A stretch of DNA of 48,830 bases, filler included, from Bipalium vagum (lineage: Eukaryota), in the NCBI GenBank assembly GCA_037834085.1. It is 2 parts of 2 records of this genome, joined end to end, with 100 filler letters (N's around TTAATTAATTAA, not from the genome) between each part and the next. Parts side by side here need not be neighbours in the genome. Positions count along the whole stretch, not along the records: positions 1 to 29,238 come from JBBMKC010035359.1; positions 29,339 to 48,830 come from JBBMKC010001938.1. The stretch is one strand, 5' to 3'. The position numbers and the translations under genes were made by a program. This document shows positions 26,340-40,600 of the stretch, piece after piece. Every line of letters starts with the position of its first letter. Position 1 is the first letter of the stretch. The notes below the pieces were generated by a model. That model made no database searches. It saw nothing but the letters and a program-made list of their open reading frames with translations, and was not told the origin of the DNA.

Positions 26340-29169
26340 TCGCTATGATTGTATCACACATATAATAGAATTTATGTTTGTGCTTTTCTCAGTTTTCTTT
26401 ACTTATTACAGATATACTTAAAGCTGGAATGATTAAATTAATATTATTTTTAATAATAATAATATTATCGCTTCTATTTTTTTTGTTTATATTTTCCTTA
26501 TAACGACAAATATTCAAAGTTGTATATTTAATATTAAAGAGTATTTCATGGTGATGTCATTTGATCAGATTATAATATAATGACGACAATAATAACAGAC
26601 CTGTATAATTAATTGACAATTATTATGAAAGTCCAATATAAAAATTAGATAAGTGGACTATTAGAAAAAGTCAATATTACATCTGTTAACATAATTTTTG
26701 ATTAAATCACTAATTTTATTTCATTACCATGTTTGATGATGAGTTGTTTGAAAGAAATTAATTTTAGATTCTTGAATACAAAGTTATTTTAGAGGGAATT
26801 CTTATTTGAGTAATGTTTCTTGACGATTCAGAAAATTTTATAACTAACCTTGTACAAATTTGTTAAAAATATTTTTAATTTTCATATTTTGAAATTTGTC
26901 TGAATTAAATTAATTAATAAAATATTTTAGAATTTTTTTTCATAGCGATTCTCAAAATTATATTTAGGAGTTTTAAATGTCTCATTAATAAAATTTATTA
27001 AGCCACTCCCTTACATGTATGTTATACTTAGTAAAATTAGGAAAGTAGGAACACTAGCAGAAATTTTAGGAAAAAAAAATTTTTAAACTTAGAAATTTAA
27101 CCATAGCAGTGAAACTAAATTAAATGGTTAACTTATGAAAACTCAATAAAGAACACAACAATAATTATCCAATTAATATTATCTCAAGATTATCAATGTT
27201 TATATGTTTGATGCACTTCATAATTGATAATATCAGTCACAATGACTCCACGAATGCTTCCAGGTTTTTAATTAATCTCTATTACCAAAATATCAAAGTC
27301 AATCAACCAAAAAAAAATTAAGGAATGAAAATAAAAAGAGTGCATATGGAACTATAAATCAAACCGATGTGATACAAATCTAGTAAATGAAAAGAACAAA
27401 AGCAAAATGAAACTGTATAACTTGGTATTAATCTAGGTTTGAGTGTCTAATACAGAACCTGTCGACCAATCAGAATTTAATACTGACTATCGAAATCATC
27501 GTTCACTTTCACGTTTTTAAAATCAACTAAAAATCGAAATTACTTTGATTAATTTAAATATCAAAATCAATTAACTTTGTAATATGCACTCCAACTCAAT
27601 TTCTTATTTTTGAAAATACGTCTTTTTGGATAATGACGATTAAAAACAAAATTCACACTTTTAATAATAACGAAAACTGAATATCTTTTTCTATTTCCTT
27701 TATAATATGAAAAATAAAGTTTGAATAGTAAAGATCTGGACAGGTCAGCACTTCAAATCTTGGTAATTTCAATAAAAACAGTAACAATGATTGTGATGTT
27801 TAGATTCTTAGTCTCTAATTCAGGTAAAGTTATTAGGTTACTTATCAGAAGACCTTAAAAAATGAAGAATAATCTAAAACTGAAAATGACTATGCACGAC
27901 AGAGATAGAATAAGTGTCCGAAGAAATTCTCAGTGCCCCAATTAATTTTTATTATTATTTGTTCAGATATCAATAATTAGTGTTCGTGAGTTGAATATGC
28001 CTATTTCAAAAAATTTGAATCTAGAAAATTAAATTTGTCACTTTTCTTTTATTATCATTAATATTAATACTGTTTCAAAAAAAATGAATCAAAATGAGCT
28101 AAAAATAAAAAAATATAAATTAAGCTTAAATTAATTTAGAACGAGTTAAATAATGTTAAGTAGATTCAAAATAGGTAACAAGTTCTTCAAATATTTATAA
28201 TTCATATAACATGGCAAAAAATAATAAAAGTAGAAAAAGCTTCATTTGAAAAACTGTCTTAGTGAAAGAGATGCAGATATCAATAATTTTAAAACAAACA
28301 AATTCTCGAAAAAATAATTAGCTAATTCGAAACTTTACAAATTTATTTATTATCAATAATAAAATTTCCTTTGATGTAGATGTGTTGACGACTATCCAAA
28401 AGTTTTCTACTCTTTTGCAACAGCAACAGTTTCAGGCACAAATTAGTGCAGGACATTATCATTATCAATAAACAAATAAACAAACCGAAAAGATTGACTA
28501 TTTCAGTCTTTTGATACGAAACAAAATCGCCGGTGTCTTATTCTAATCAGTTTTTTTAAATAGAAAGAATAAAAGTTTAACCATAATAAAAAAGGTTGCA
28601 GTGAAACTTTGATAAAAAAGGTCAACAAGAATTGAAAATGTTTTACTATTGCAGGAAGACCCAAGTGAAATTCATGTGATAAAATCTTTTATTTGCAAAT
28701 AATTAGAGGAATTCGGGAATTAATATATCAAGAAAATAAAAAATTTTGAAACTCTTTACAAATCTTTAGAATGTTCCAAAATGAAACTAAAATAGAATCA
28801 CTTATCCAATTTGAATATCAAGTTGAATCTCACTTTATATTTCGTATAATGGTATTAATTATAAATTAATGAAATATATTTTAGCAAATTAAAATTATCA
28901 AAACGAATTTGTTTATCATCATTGTTTATATTCTGCACATCAGAATGAGTTTTTTTAAAAATTGACTGAAAATTATTTTACTGTTGACTACTTTACTTAA
29001 AAATATATTCAGCATTTTTTAAAATTAATATTATGACTTTTAATTTATATTATTTTAATAATAAATTTTGAAATATGCAAATTTTAATAAATTTTGTTAA
29101 TTTTGCTTGTTAAAACTTTTAATTTTAATTATGTTTCAATTTATGTCTTTTTACATAGTTCTTAATAAA

Positions 29170-29172
<3 letters not shown>

Positions 29173-29238
<66 letters not shown>
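29173..29238. repeat. (AAT)n microsatellite running into the gap
   Basis: About 22 units abutting the N run. Confidence 0.97.
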
Positions 29239-29338
29239 NNNNNNNNNNNNNNNNNNNNNNNNNNNNNNNNNNNNNNNNNNNNTTAATTAATTAANNNNNN
29301 NNNNNNNNNNNNNNNNNNNNNNNNNNNNNNNNNNNNNN
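29239..29338. other. Artificial scaffold gap: 44 N + TTAATTAATTAA + 44 N (100 bp)
   Basis: Symmetric N runs surround a palindromic six-frame stop linker and total exactly 100 bp. Confidence 0.97.
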
Positions 29339-31139
29339 CAATAATATTTGGTATTATATGTAACTTTTTTATAAGTCAAATGTAAAGTGTTCAATAAATT
29401 TGAAAAGGACTATAAACAAACCAAAAATTATGGATAGCAAACAAGAAGAATATTTTTGTTTAAGGACATGTAATGATAAAAAATATCAGAACTTGGTGAA
29501 TAATTGCTATTATTATCCAATAATAATAAAATAGTGAATCAGAACTCCTCGCAAATGTAAAAAAATTTTAATAAAACAAAATACAAAATATAATCGATAA
29601 GATTTATTTTATCTTATATCATAAAAAGTCAGCATTATTTAACGATACATGTAATAGAATAAAGCTGAAAAACAAAATTAATATCGCAGAATATAAAAAT
29701 ATACTTTCATTTCATTTTGCAAGTAAATAAAAAGAGGTAATTTAAGCTTTTATAAGAGTGATGATGAGTTAGAAAAATATAACATGTATTGGCGCCGTCT
29801 TTTTGTAAAATAAGACCCCTTCCAAAGTGCCCAAGAAAGACTTGAGTAATTCAGTAATTTGTCAAATCAAAAGTATATATGAAGGTAAGCAGTTAATAAC
29901 ATCGTCTAGTAAGATTGAGATAAATATGTTTAAATTATTTCATCTTATATTCAAAAATAATTTGTCCACAAACTCAATACATATGCACAACATTCGAGAT
30001 CCGTAAAGATGAACTTTTTGGAAGAGTTGAGTCGGAATAAGGATTCTTTTTTGATTAAGAAAATTAAAAGGTCAGCTAAAGAAAGTTCATGTTAAATGGA
30101 GTTACTATCAAGCAAAGTTTTGCTATCGAGTCTACCCTATTTCTTAAGAAGTCAAAGTTTTATTCAACAATTTCCAAATGTATCACTGAATCATATTCCT
30201 TCAAACATCACAGGGAATTATGATTTGCCCAATTGGCTCTTGATTAATGGGAGTAGCACATGTAGAAGATTAAAAGGATTTAATAATATTAAGGATAAAG
30301 ATTTGACATAAATATTTTAAAATAATTTTATTTGCGATTATAAATAGTGGGAATTACAGATCTTATAGAATAGTTTGAAAAACTTTGTGAAAAACTGCAA
30401 CCAAAAAAGAAAAATGAATATTCTACCTTCAAGTGATGGAAGATTATAATAAAAAAGCTGATATTTTTAATTGAATCTGACATTTGCCAGAAGAATTTGT
30501 AAAATATCAGATAATTGTATAACTTACAATTTTAAAATTTAATATAGTTTCATACCATACCATATTTTATATTTTCTTAAAAGTTTCCCGCTCGAATTAA
30601 CCTTCAGTACCCCTTTAAAATTCGAGAAATATCTTAATTTGGTTCTCGATAAACATTGAAATTAAGAAATTTTTATTATTGATTTTTTCTCATTTCTATT
30701 AAAAAATTAATTAATTTCCCAGAAAAATTACATTTATCACCTTAAATAAATAATAAGTAATAAAATAATTACATCTTAATTAAATAATATTATGGTCATT
30801 AAAATATTAATTTAAATTAATATTTAAATTATTTTATTAATTATTTGGAACTGAAATAATAATAATATTACTACAAAAATAACAATTTTTTTAAAAAAAG
30901 TATTGATTTTTAATGAAGTTTAAAAATTATAATTTCAAGAAATTTGCAGGACATAAAAAATAAATAGTAATTCAATATAGTTGCAATTTTTAATTGATAC
31001 ATGGTGTTTTTATGTATTGCTTAGCAAACTTTTATTTTAAATATCTTAAAGCAACAAAGGAATGAAGTTTGTGATAGTTTATTTTTTAATAAAATTTATT
31101 TGCAAGAAAATTATAAGATTTTATGACACAACCTGACTC

Positions 31140-31980
31140 AAGTTTATATTAAGGTACATTGTTTAAATGTTTTAGTCAAGGCACTAAATTTATGCATGCG
31201 CATAATCCAATGTCTATCTTGTTACACACATGATTGATTCTTTCCTTCAGCCCAGTGATTGTAAAGAATTCTTTAAATACACACACAAAAATGTCTAGTG
31301 GAGATCGATTGAGTGACGAGAAGGATAAACTAAATCTCTAAACCACGAATTAGGAAGCTTTCTTTCAAATTAATTTCTTACAATATGCGAAAACTGTGCC
31401 AAGGCTCAATTGTATTGTAATTTCATAGTGTTTAAAATTCACATATCAATGTTTGACGTACCAGTAACTATATTTTGGAAAAGTATTTCCGAATAATACT
31501 CACCGAAGTTAAACAAAACAAATATTTTTTAAGGTAAGTATATTCCTGATAACAACATTTCTCGCGATTGATCAGTACATTCAGCTGAACTTACTTTCGT
31601 CTTGCTATAAAACCATGCGAATTGAGAAAGAATCGTTCTCGTTGAGCTCAATTAAGATGATCAGTACAGATGAGTGGAAACCTGTTTCTCCAATGGCATT
31701 GTAGTAACTTCTTATAGTCAGGCCTATTTTAAGATCATCCTATCGAATTAACTCAGTTTGATTGTTTAATAATTTTTAAAACTCTTGGAATATAGACTAA
31801 TGAATACCAGAAATTATTGATTGAACGATGTTGATCGGATTTTATTCTTTCGTGAACACAGCTTGAGCTGTCTTCTGAAATCTCTCCAATATTTTTATCG
31901 TTTGTCTACAGTGATGGACTAACAACTCTTGTTTCTATTGTCCGTTAAATACTCCCAATTTTTCAAATTTTATATTCCGC
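31140..31980 (-). mobile_element. Highly decayed rosa/DD41D-like transposase remnant
   Basis: LQYN*ALAQFSHIVRN*FERKLPNSW..SLNRSPLDIFV resembles QQDGAPAHF..VR..L..W..SPDLTPLDFF. Confidence 0.6.
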
Positions 31981-32069
31981 AGAACATTTTGAAGATTTTT
32001 TCTTTAAAATACCATTATATGATTAACATTAAAATATATTGCTATTATTTTAAAATTATCCAAATTATT

Positions 32070-32740
32070 GTTAGATATTTTTAATTCATCTAAACAAATT
32101 ATTATTATCAAGCATAGTTTTCGTTTAAATATCACTAAAGGTTTACATTTTCCACCATCGGCTGTAACGCATAACATATTGTAAAATTGCACTTTTCATT
32201 TCCAGTTGTAGTTATTGTGAGATCAGACGATTCTTTCCTCAAAACTGTGTAACCACTTGGCATATCAAAACTGATGCATGCCTCATCCATATTGCCGATA
32301 TGTTCAAAATCGACCACATGTATAGTATTTTTGATTAAGATTAAATACTGCCATTTTCCCAATCTTTCGGTAATTTTTGTCCGATAGATGTCGACTCATA
32401 CCGATAAATTGTCTTTTGATGAAAATATAGCACCAACATTTCCTACCTTTGAAGAAACTTATTTTCAATTATTTTACCAATTGAAACGAATATCATTGGT
32501 CGAAACTCTTCTATTTTCATATCTTTTGCCAATAATCTTTATTTTCAGTTGTGATTCCAATTCTGGCCAAAACGCTTTTTGGGATCAGCTGCACCACTTG
32601 TTTGAATTCATGACCTGTAAAAAGACCTTTTTTTCATCGCCGGATGTTTGATTCGTCTAATTCAATTACCATGCTTAACCGCCTCCAGTGTGCTGTAACT
32701 TGAATAAGATTCTCGAGTTTTATTTGTACCTATTGCCATT
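32070..32740 (-). mobile_element. pogo-family (POGK-like) transposase remnant
   Basis: FWPELESQL (HTH region), then IGNMDEACISFDMPSGYTV..ITTTGNEKCNFT..VTADGGKCKPLVIFKRK across frameshifts. Confidence 0.88.
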
Positions 32741-34526
32741 ATAAAATTTGAAAATGTTATTGATTTAGCACTATTTGCTTAAAAATGGTATGTATTAATT
32801 TTAATAATGTTATAAAAATTTATGTTACACCGTATGTATGAGTTCGGCTTAGAAACAAGACTTTAGGGTAACTAAATTTTATCAATATTTATTTCAAAAG
32901 AAAATATATGCTATCATACATGTAACACATACAATAATAAGTATTCTGTAAATTATTTTAAAACAATATTAGACGAATTGAATATTAATTATAAAATAAT
33001 TTTTCCGAGATTATTCATAATATATATATTTTCTTTTGAGGATAAAATTGTTAAAGGACGCTGTATGATCATATAGATCAATCAATAAATATTATCAAAG
33101 TATCAATTCGCTTCTGCCAATTTTTTTTCATTTTAATTTTCATACAAGATTCATTTATATTCAAAAAAGTTCTTCTATTTCCACGAATTATTGGAATCTC
33201 AAAGATCACAAGATCATTATAATTAAATTATTTTATTATTTTTTAAATAATTTTTTAAGTATTTACATAAAAGAATATTAATTTATTTTATTAAAATTTT
33301 CTTCACCAATTAAAAGGTTGGTTTTCCTAATCGCTAGGTAAAGAACATTTTATCAAGGTCATATTTTTAATATTTATTTTATTTATTTATAAAATAACCT
33401 TTTCCAAATTATGTTCACCCGTTTTGTGATTTGCAAGATTGAGTAAATAACGTTCATTTATAATTTCCCACGAAATGCTCTTGGAATTATTTACAAAATT
33501 AAGGATAGGAAGCAATTATTTGTTTATATTTTAAGTTTTATGTAAAAGATAATTATTGGAAAAAATTACGACTTTATTTCTTAACAGAGATTACCAACAA
33601 AGAAATCAATTTTATTAATTATTTTATTTGTGCTTAAAAATAAGAAAATCAATTATTTTATTTTACTTTATTTCAATTATTTTATTTTTTTTATTTATTC
33701 TTACAGTTTAAATTATTTATATTATGAAAGGCTTTAAGAAAATAGAACTTTTTTCTTCTTTTGAAATAAAATCGAGCACTGATAAAAAAGAAATTCAGAA
33801 AATATAATTTAGAATAATTATGGTACAAAATTTATTCATTAGGAAAATTTAGCATGAAAAAAGAAAAAGAAAATTCATCTTATTCTAAATATAAATTATA
33901 CCTTTACTTAAGAAAACCACAAATATAAAATAATATTGAGATATATAATATCCAAATGTAAATTATAAAGGAAAAATAAATATTGTTTTAATTATTTAGA
34001 AAAATTTGAATATATTTTTAAAAAATAAACTTGAACTATCATTTGAAGAAGAATATTTATTTAATTAAGATTCACATATTTAAAATTTAATAATTATTTA
34101 CACAAGAAAATAGTGTTTACTGAAAATATTTCTTAGTTTGATAAACCTAATCAAAATTTAATTAATAAATTAAATCATATTTATTGAAGAAGGCATTAGA
34201 AACAATTTTTAAAAATTGAGTACAGTTTGATAATTTTTAAATTAATTATTTTTTTTAAAGATTAATTTAAATTTTTTTTTATAATTTTTAAACTTTAATT
34301 ATATTACTTTTCTGTGTAATGTATTAATTGTTTAAAACAATATCTATTTTGAAAGTATTACTTGTAAGATTACTTATTAAGTATTATTAAGCAATATTTT
34401 TGATTTATTTCTTTTTCTTTTAATTTTCTAATAATTTTTCATCTCACATTTTCCCTAAATAATATTTAAATAATAATTTTATAGAGACAGATTTTTTTAA
34501 TACAATATAAAAATAAATGTAAAAAC

Positions 34527-34650
34527 CATCAAAATCCTTTTGCCTTTCCAGCTTGAAAAGATACCGTCTAACGAGTCTTTGCATAATATTATTGTAACCA
34601 AGCTCGTTGGTCTCAAAGTTGTTTTCTTGGCATACTTTTTCTCTTCTTAT
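34527..34650 (-). CDS. TRPC: TRPC exon: C-terminal rib/CIRB helix
   Basis: attcag|[41 protein letters not shown](G)|gttttt. Matches the TRPC Y-xx-I/VM-xx-LV-x-RY motif. Absent from the ORF track. The donor position is less certain. Confidence 0.85.
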
Positions 34651-37600
34651 CTGAATGAAGGAATAGGTAAAGAGATTTTTGTAATTTCGTTTAATATTTA
34701 TTTTTAAAATTTAATATTATTACTCAATAAATATAACAATAAATCATGATTTTATTGGTCTTCCACTAATATAGTTAAAAATTGTTTAAATTAATAAAAT
34801 TAATTAAAAAAAGCTTATGAATCTGAAAATGAGTGTTATACGTATATACTCATTAATATTCATGTATAAAATGAGTGTAATTAAACAATGGGGATTTTTA
34901 ATTTTATGATTATATTTATTATGGACCTATGCAGTGTTTTAAAAATTCTGAATTTTTCAGGCAGTCCATGATTTGAGTCATTTTCTGGTATCCTCGTAAG
35001 TTTGAAAATGACCATGAGCCATGGAACGGAACAGTTGGTAATCTGTAGGGGAAAAATCGGGTGAATATGGCGCATGTGGTAGAACTTCCCATTTGAGTGT
35101 TTATAAAAAGTTTTTAATTGCTTTTGAAACATGATCGAGCATTTTCATGTTGCAAAATGACTTTATCACGCCTGTCAGCATAATATAGCCGCTTATTCTT
35201 AGTTGTTTGGCTTAAACGCATTAATTGATCTCGATACCGATTCCAGTGATTGTTTCGTTCGGTTGCAACTGGTCATAATATATAATACCAAGCTGATCCC
35301 ACCAAATACACACCATGAGGTTTTGACTTTGAATATTTGGTTTGCTCGTCGATGTAGACGCATGGTCCGGTTATCCCCATGATCATTAACACTTGGGATT
35401 ACTGTACTGAATCCATTTTTTAATGACAGTAGCAATGCGATGTAAAAACCCTTTCCGTCTTTGCCGTTAAAGCAGCTGTTTACACGAATACAAAAGTCTC
35501 TCAACGTCTCTAGGATTTAATTCTTACTACACAAAAATTCCCCACTTTTAGATAAGTCCTTGTACATATATAAAGGTTCATCACCAGTAGAACTATTGTT
35601 TTCAATGATTTTGCTAATTGTTCTTGAGTTTCTTGGAGTAATGGGTCATAAGATCTTCATCAACACACTTTTCCGGACGTCCGGACTTTCAAATTCTTCA
35701 TTTTTAAAGTAATTGTACCATTCAAAACACTTCATTCTTGACAAGGCAATTTTTCCACTACTAACAAATTATGACTTTCAGAAGCGATTTTCTTAACAAA
35801 GTAGCCTAACAAAACTTGTCGAAAATGCTTTTTTCTGCCAGTTTTCAAATTTTTCCATGTCGGATTATAAAATGAGGAATATTTAAATAAAACATTTTTA
35901 AACTGAAATTAATATTGATATTTATTGACAATTTCAAATAATATATTGATTCAAAAAGAGCAGATGTTGATATTACTCATCATTGATTAATATTAGCGTT
36001 TTATCATGTACATAGTTGTAAAAACTATTTTTCTTGATTTTCTTTTTTTATTATAAATCCACTTCTTATGACATCGAGTAAGTATTTAATTAATTTATTA
36101 TCACGCATATTTCAACTGTGACTTCTTTGTTCCAAATCCAAAAACTTAGTCACACATTTACTATATGAGATTCTTTTTGAGGCCAAGTATTATAGATAGA
36201 AAAAAATTTGAAAGTTTTTATCTTATTTTATTTAATATTTTTTATTTTTCTTTTAGACTAATTTAGGCAAAAATTTCTAACAAAATATCAGCAAAATTTT
36301 ATTAAAAAATTACCAATAAATTATTTCATTATTGTTACAACAGAAATTAAATTCTGTAAGCTTCGGTACATAAATAATTTGAAAAATCCATAAATTATCT
36401 CTTTTCTGCCATTTTATTATTGAAATTACTGTAAGAATATTAAAATGACCAGTGATAGGGAGATCAATAAAATGTCGATTTTTAATTTTAAAGTGGAAAC
36501 GGACGAAAGGAAAAGAAATAATAATTATAAAAAAATTTAAGCCTCTTGTAATTTAATTTTTTTTGATGGAATATTGGTTAAAACAAAAATTTCTTGATTA
36601 TTTTTTAATTATTTAGATTTTTTACATTTTGAAAATTTTTTACTTTGACATAAGTGTAAATGTGAATAATGACTGAAATTATTATTGAGAATTAATAAAA
36701 AATATTGTTATTATTTATTATCTATTGTAAATATATATAAATTAATTGGAAATTTAATGATGAAATTCTTACTCTGATAAAATCTGTGCTTCGAGTTCCT
36801 CCACCTACTAAAAATGGATCCTCTGACATGAAACCCTTTATAAATCTGACAATATTCATAAAACTGTGAGGAGTAGGAATTATATTAAAAGGCACTGGGA
36901 GCGTACTTCCGTTATCGACGAAGTTTAACCAAAGTTTCGTTCTTGCAAATTTCCATTCTACATCACAGTCCACCTACAAATTCGATTTGACTTGTGATTA
37001 ATATAAAAATTCTGTTATATATATATATATATATATATATATAACAACTTTTACTTTATATTTATATTTTATTTGTTGATCTTACTAAATAAAATTATAA
37101 AATCTGTCCCCCTTTAAGGTTAGACCACATTTTAATCAAGAAACAATATTTAGAAAGGGTAGTTGTTTTTGTTGTTTTCTTCATAATAAAACATGAGGGA
37201 CCCGATCCTTAATATCAGGAATTGAATAGGGCTTGTTATTATACAATACATACCCCATTCTTCAGATATACCGTCATGAAATCTACTGGAGTGAGATAAG
37301 GATGATTTCTTCTTCAATTAATTTTGATAATTTAGTTCTTTAGTTAATTTTAACTGTTTTTATAATTTAATTTTTAATAATATCAGTTTTTTATATTTAT
37401 TTTATTTATAATAATTTACAGTAATATTAAAATATACTGAGATAATAAAGGCGACTAATATTTTAATGTGTCACAAATTATAGCCGTATTATTTAAATAG
37501 GTATATTTACCTTGTATCATGTGAAATGTCCGATTTCAATAGTTAAATTGGTAAATTTTTACAATCTTTTATAGTAAATCTGCAGAAATAAACTATGTTG

Positions 37601-40600
37601 CAATTGGAAATACTCATGTTACAATATGTTATTTTCTTTTTTTTTAAATACTCCAATAAATTCATTGAGAATATCTGGAATGGAATACAACTGACAAACA
37701 AAGAATTTAGTATAATGTACTTTAATTAATGGAAATTACTATACAGAACTTCTGAAGCTGCTGAAAGCATTAATTTGACATCTGGTAAAAGTACAAGTAA
37801 TGAATGGTGGTGAAATTTGCGGTTGGTGACGAAAATCAAATGCAGACCCCGGTAGACCCTGAAGTATAATACCGATTTATAAACAGTTGTGGTATTAAAT
37901 TTAAATCAAAACGTTCGGAGTCTTGCTGAAACATTCATTGTTATTCCAAAGAAAATTGCAAAACATTTGAAAGCAGTGGGTATGGTTAGAAAGCTTGAGT
38001 CATGTGTTCTACGTTTATTGAACCAATCTCAAAAAATAAGACCTAAAATTTTCAAATCCTTATTGTTAGGCCAATAAATGGATCCATTTTAAAACCAATT
38101 ACCATAAAATATTGACGAAGTTAATGAGGAAGAAACCTAAGGGTTTGAGGATATGTATCAGAAGCTAAACCACAGATTCAATTTGTCTTATGTATGTTTG
38201 TAGAGTCGTAAAATGAGAAATCTATGAGATTATTTCATCCTAAATTTATTTTATTATTTTAATAAATTTTAATCTTCATTTCCTCACAATTCTTTTGCAA
38301 AATATAATTTTTATAATATTGAAGGTCTTTTGAGATTAAAAATTAATTTATCATGAATAATTTTCAAAGAAATATCAATTTTACAATTCGTCTAGAAATC
38401 CTAAAAATTTTGGCAAAAATAAATAAAATAATTTCAGTCAAAATTAGAGATAAATAAAAATTACTATTGATTTTCTTTTTATAAATTTATTATTATTATC
38501 AATTATTATTAATATTGATTTTAATTAAATTCATGAATCTTGTCTTACTTGAATGTCTTCGAAGGAATGGCTCATCATTGCAATCAACATGTTGACAAGA
38601 ACGATTATTATGATGACATGATAAATGGCCATGAGAAACATCCCAACCCCTTCCACGATAGCTGTACTGCTCGTTGAACTTATCATCCCATCCGAATAAG
38701 CTGGATCTTTACCATCTGAACAACGGTATAACATTAAATTATTTTTGGACAATACAATCAATGTTTCAAACGATTTCTCTATTTACAGTCTTATTATCTT
38801 CATATATTAAAATGTAATAGATATCTTTAGTAATAACCTGGATGCTTTAATGGAATAGAACTTAAACTGGTTTGTCCGAACATTGCCCAAAATAATGTAT
38901 ATAACGTATGTGTTAATCTGAAAATTTGTTAATTCTGTAATGGTCAATACCAAATACTTAGGAATATCACTTTATTGCTTACCCCTCAAACACTTCCGTG
39001 GCCCTGACAAATTTGGTCTCGTTACCAGCAGTAGTAATTCGAATCATCTGGGACCCATAATACCAATAAAGATTGTGAAGACCAACCATAAAAGCAAACA
39101 AGACCTACAGTGCATAAATATGTCATTTCAATTCTTTAGAGACATGAATACAATAAAAGCACTTAATTTCAATGGCAGATTTCTCTCTGGAAATTTTAAT
39201 ATCTTTCCACTCAAATTGTAAATCAATGCCCAATTTTAATATTTTATATTACCAATTTAATTCACATTTAATTTTTTGCAAAAATATTCTTATTGGATAA
39301 ATTTATTAAAATTAGTAGATCAAACATAAATTGATAAAAAAAAATTATTAGATATTATTTGAAATTTATTTGAAAAATTTCAAAGTCGATTTAAACAAAA
39401 TATTTATTTAAATTTCATTTTAGTTTTTTATATAAATATTTTTTAATTTTTATAAGTCACATTAAGCCACTAAAAATAAAAATAAATAATTAAAAAAATT
39501 AAATTAATATTGGAAAAATATTTCAACATTGATTTTTAGTTATTTTTTTAATAATAATTAACCGAACCAGAATAAATTTGTTTAAATAAGCTGTGAGATT
39601 ATATTGGAGCTCTAAATGTAGACATTATGTTACAGAAATTGATTATTCTTATAAAAAATGTTTCCAGAGAAAGTTGGAAAATTAATCTTATTTATTTAGA
39701 AATGAAGTATGATAAATAGGAGAAAGATATTTATTTATTTTTATTTATACGCTTATTTTGTACTTTTCTTTTAGAAAGTGAAAATTTTTGATATAATTTA
39801 TTGATTATTTTTCATTTTAATTTTTTAAAAAATTCCAAATTCTTTATTTGTTTTAAATAAATAAATAAAATTAATAATTTTTCATACTGAAACCTGACCA
39901 TATTTTCCCTATTATTAATAATGCATAAAATCGTATTTATTTATTTTATCTATTTATATTTTGCAGTAAAATATAACCGGAAATTATGAATAAAATATTG
40001 TTTTTTTATTCTTTAATGAAGTAAACTCAGGCAGATATTTGGAAAATATTATCTACCGACTTTCGAAGAATGGACAAAGATTTATATATTTTTATACTTT
40101 GATCCAAAAACAGATTAAACCGATGTCAAAAATAAGCCGAATTCCTTTATAAATTTTGCAGTTAAAAAAATTAATGAGGAAACTTCGTTTAAACAATATC
40201 GAAAATTAAATATAAAATAATATTTTCAAAACGTTCTATCGTTTCATTATCATCCTCTGTGAATTGGGTAAATGGTCAAATTTGGAGATGAAAATAGATT
40301 TAGATTTTTTTCTTTTTATTTAATTTTTTTTATTCTTGACTTCTGATTTTGGTGTTGGTTGACTTTTCGTTAAGGAATTTGAGTACATGTTCTTTTATTT
40401 TTTAACAATATATTATTTTAATTATATTTTTAATTATAAAAATCCAATTAGGGAACTGTAGAATTATTAGGGATGAAGAAAAGTTTTGCTGGTTTTTACA
40501 AATTAAAAATCTTGTCCCTAACCCAAATGTATAAATAATTGTTTTTATGTTTATAAATGTTTGTTAATAAATTTTAGAGAAGACACTCTTTAAAATTTAT

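Noticed and set aside
29283-29294. TTAATTAATTAA palindrome as a biological site
   Set aside because: It is centred in a 100-bp N gap and is an assembly linker.
29780-30311. ORF 30096-30311 and flanking block as a TRPC or other exon
   Set aside because: No homology motif or convincing phase-compatible splice sites; may be UTR or regulatory DNA.
37190-37290. Tiny mariner-like IPHSSDIPS remnant
   Set aside because: Too short and degenerate to call.
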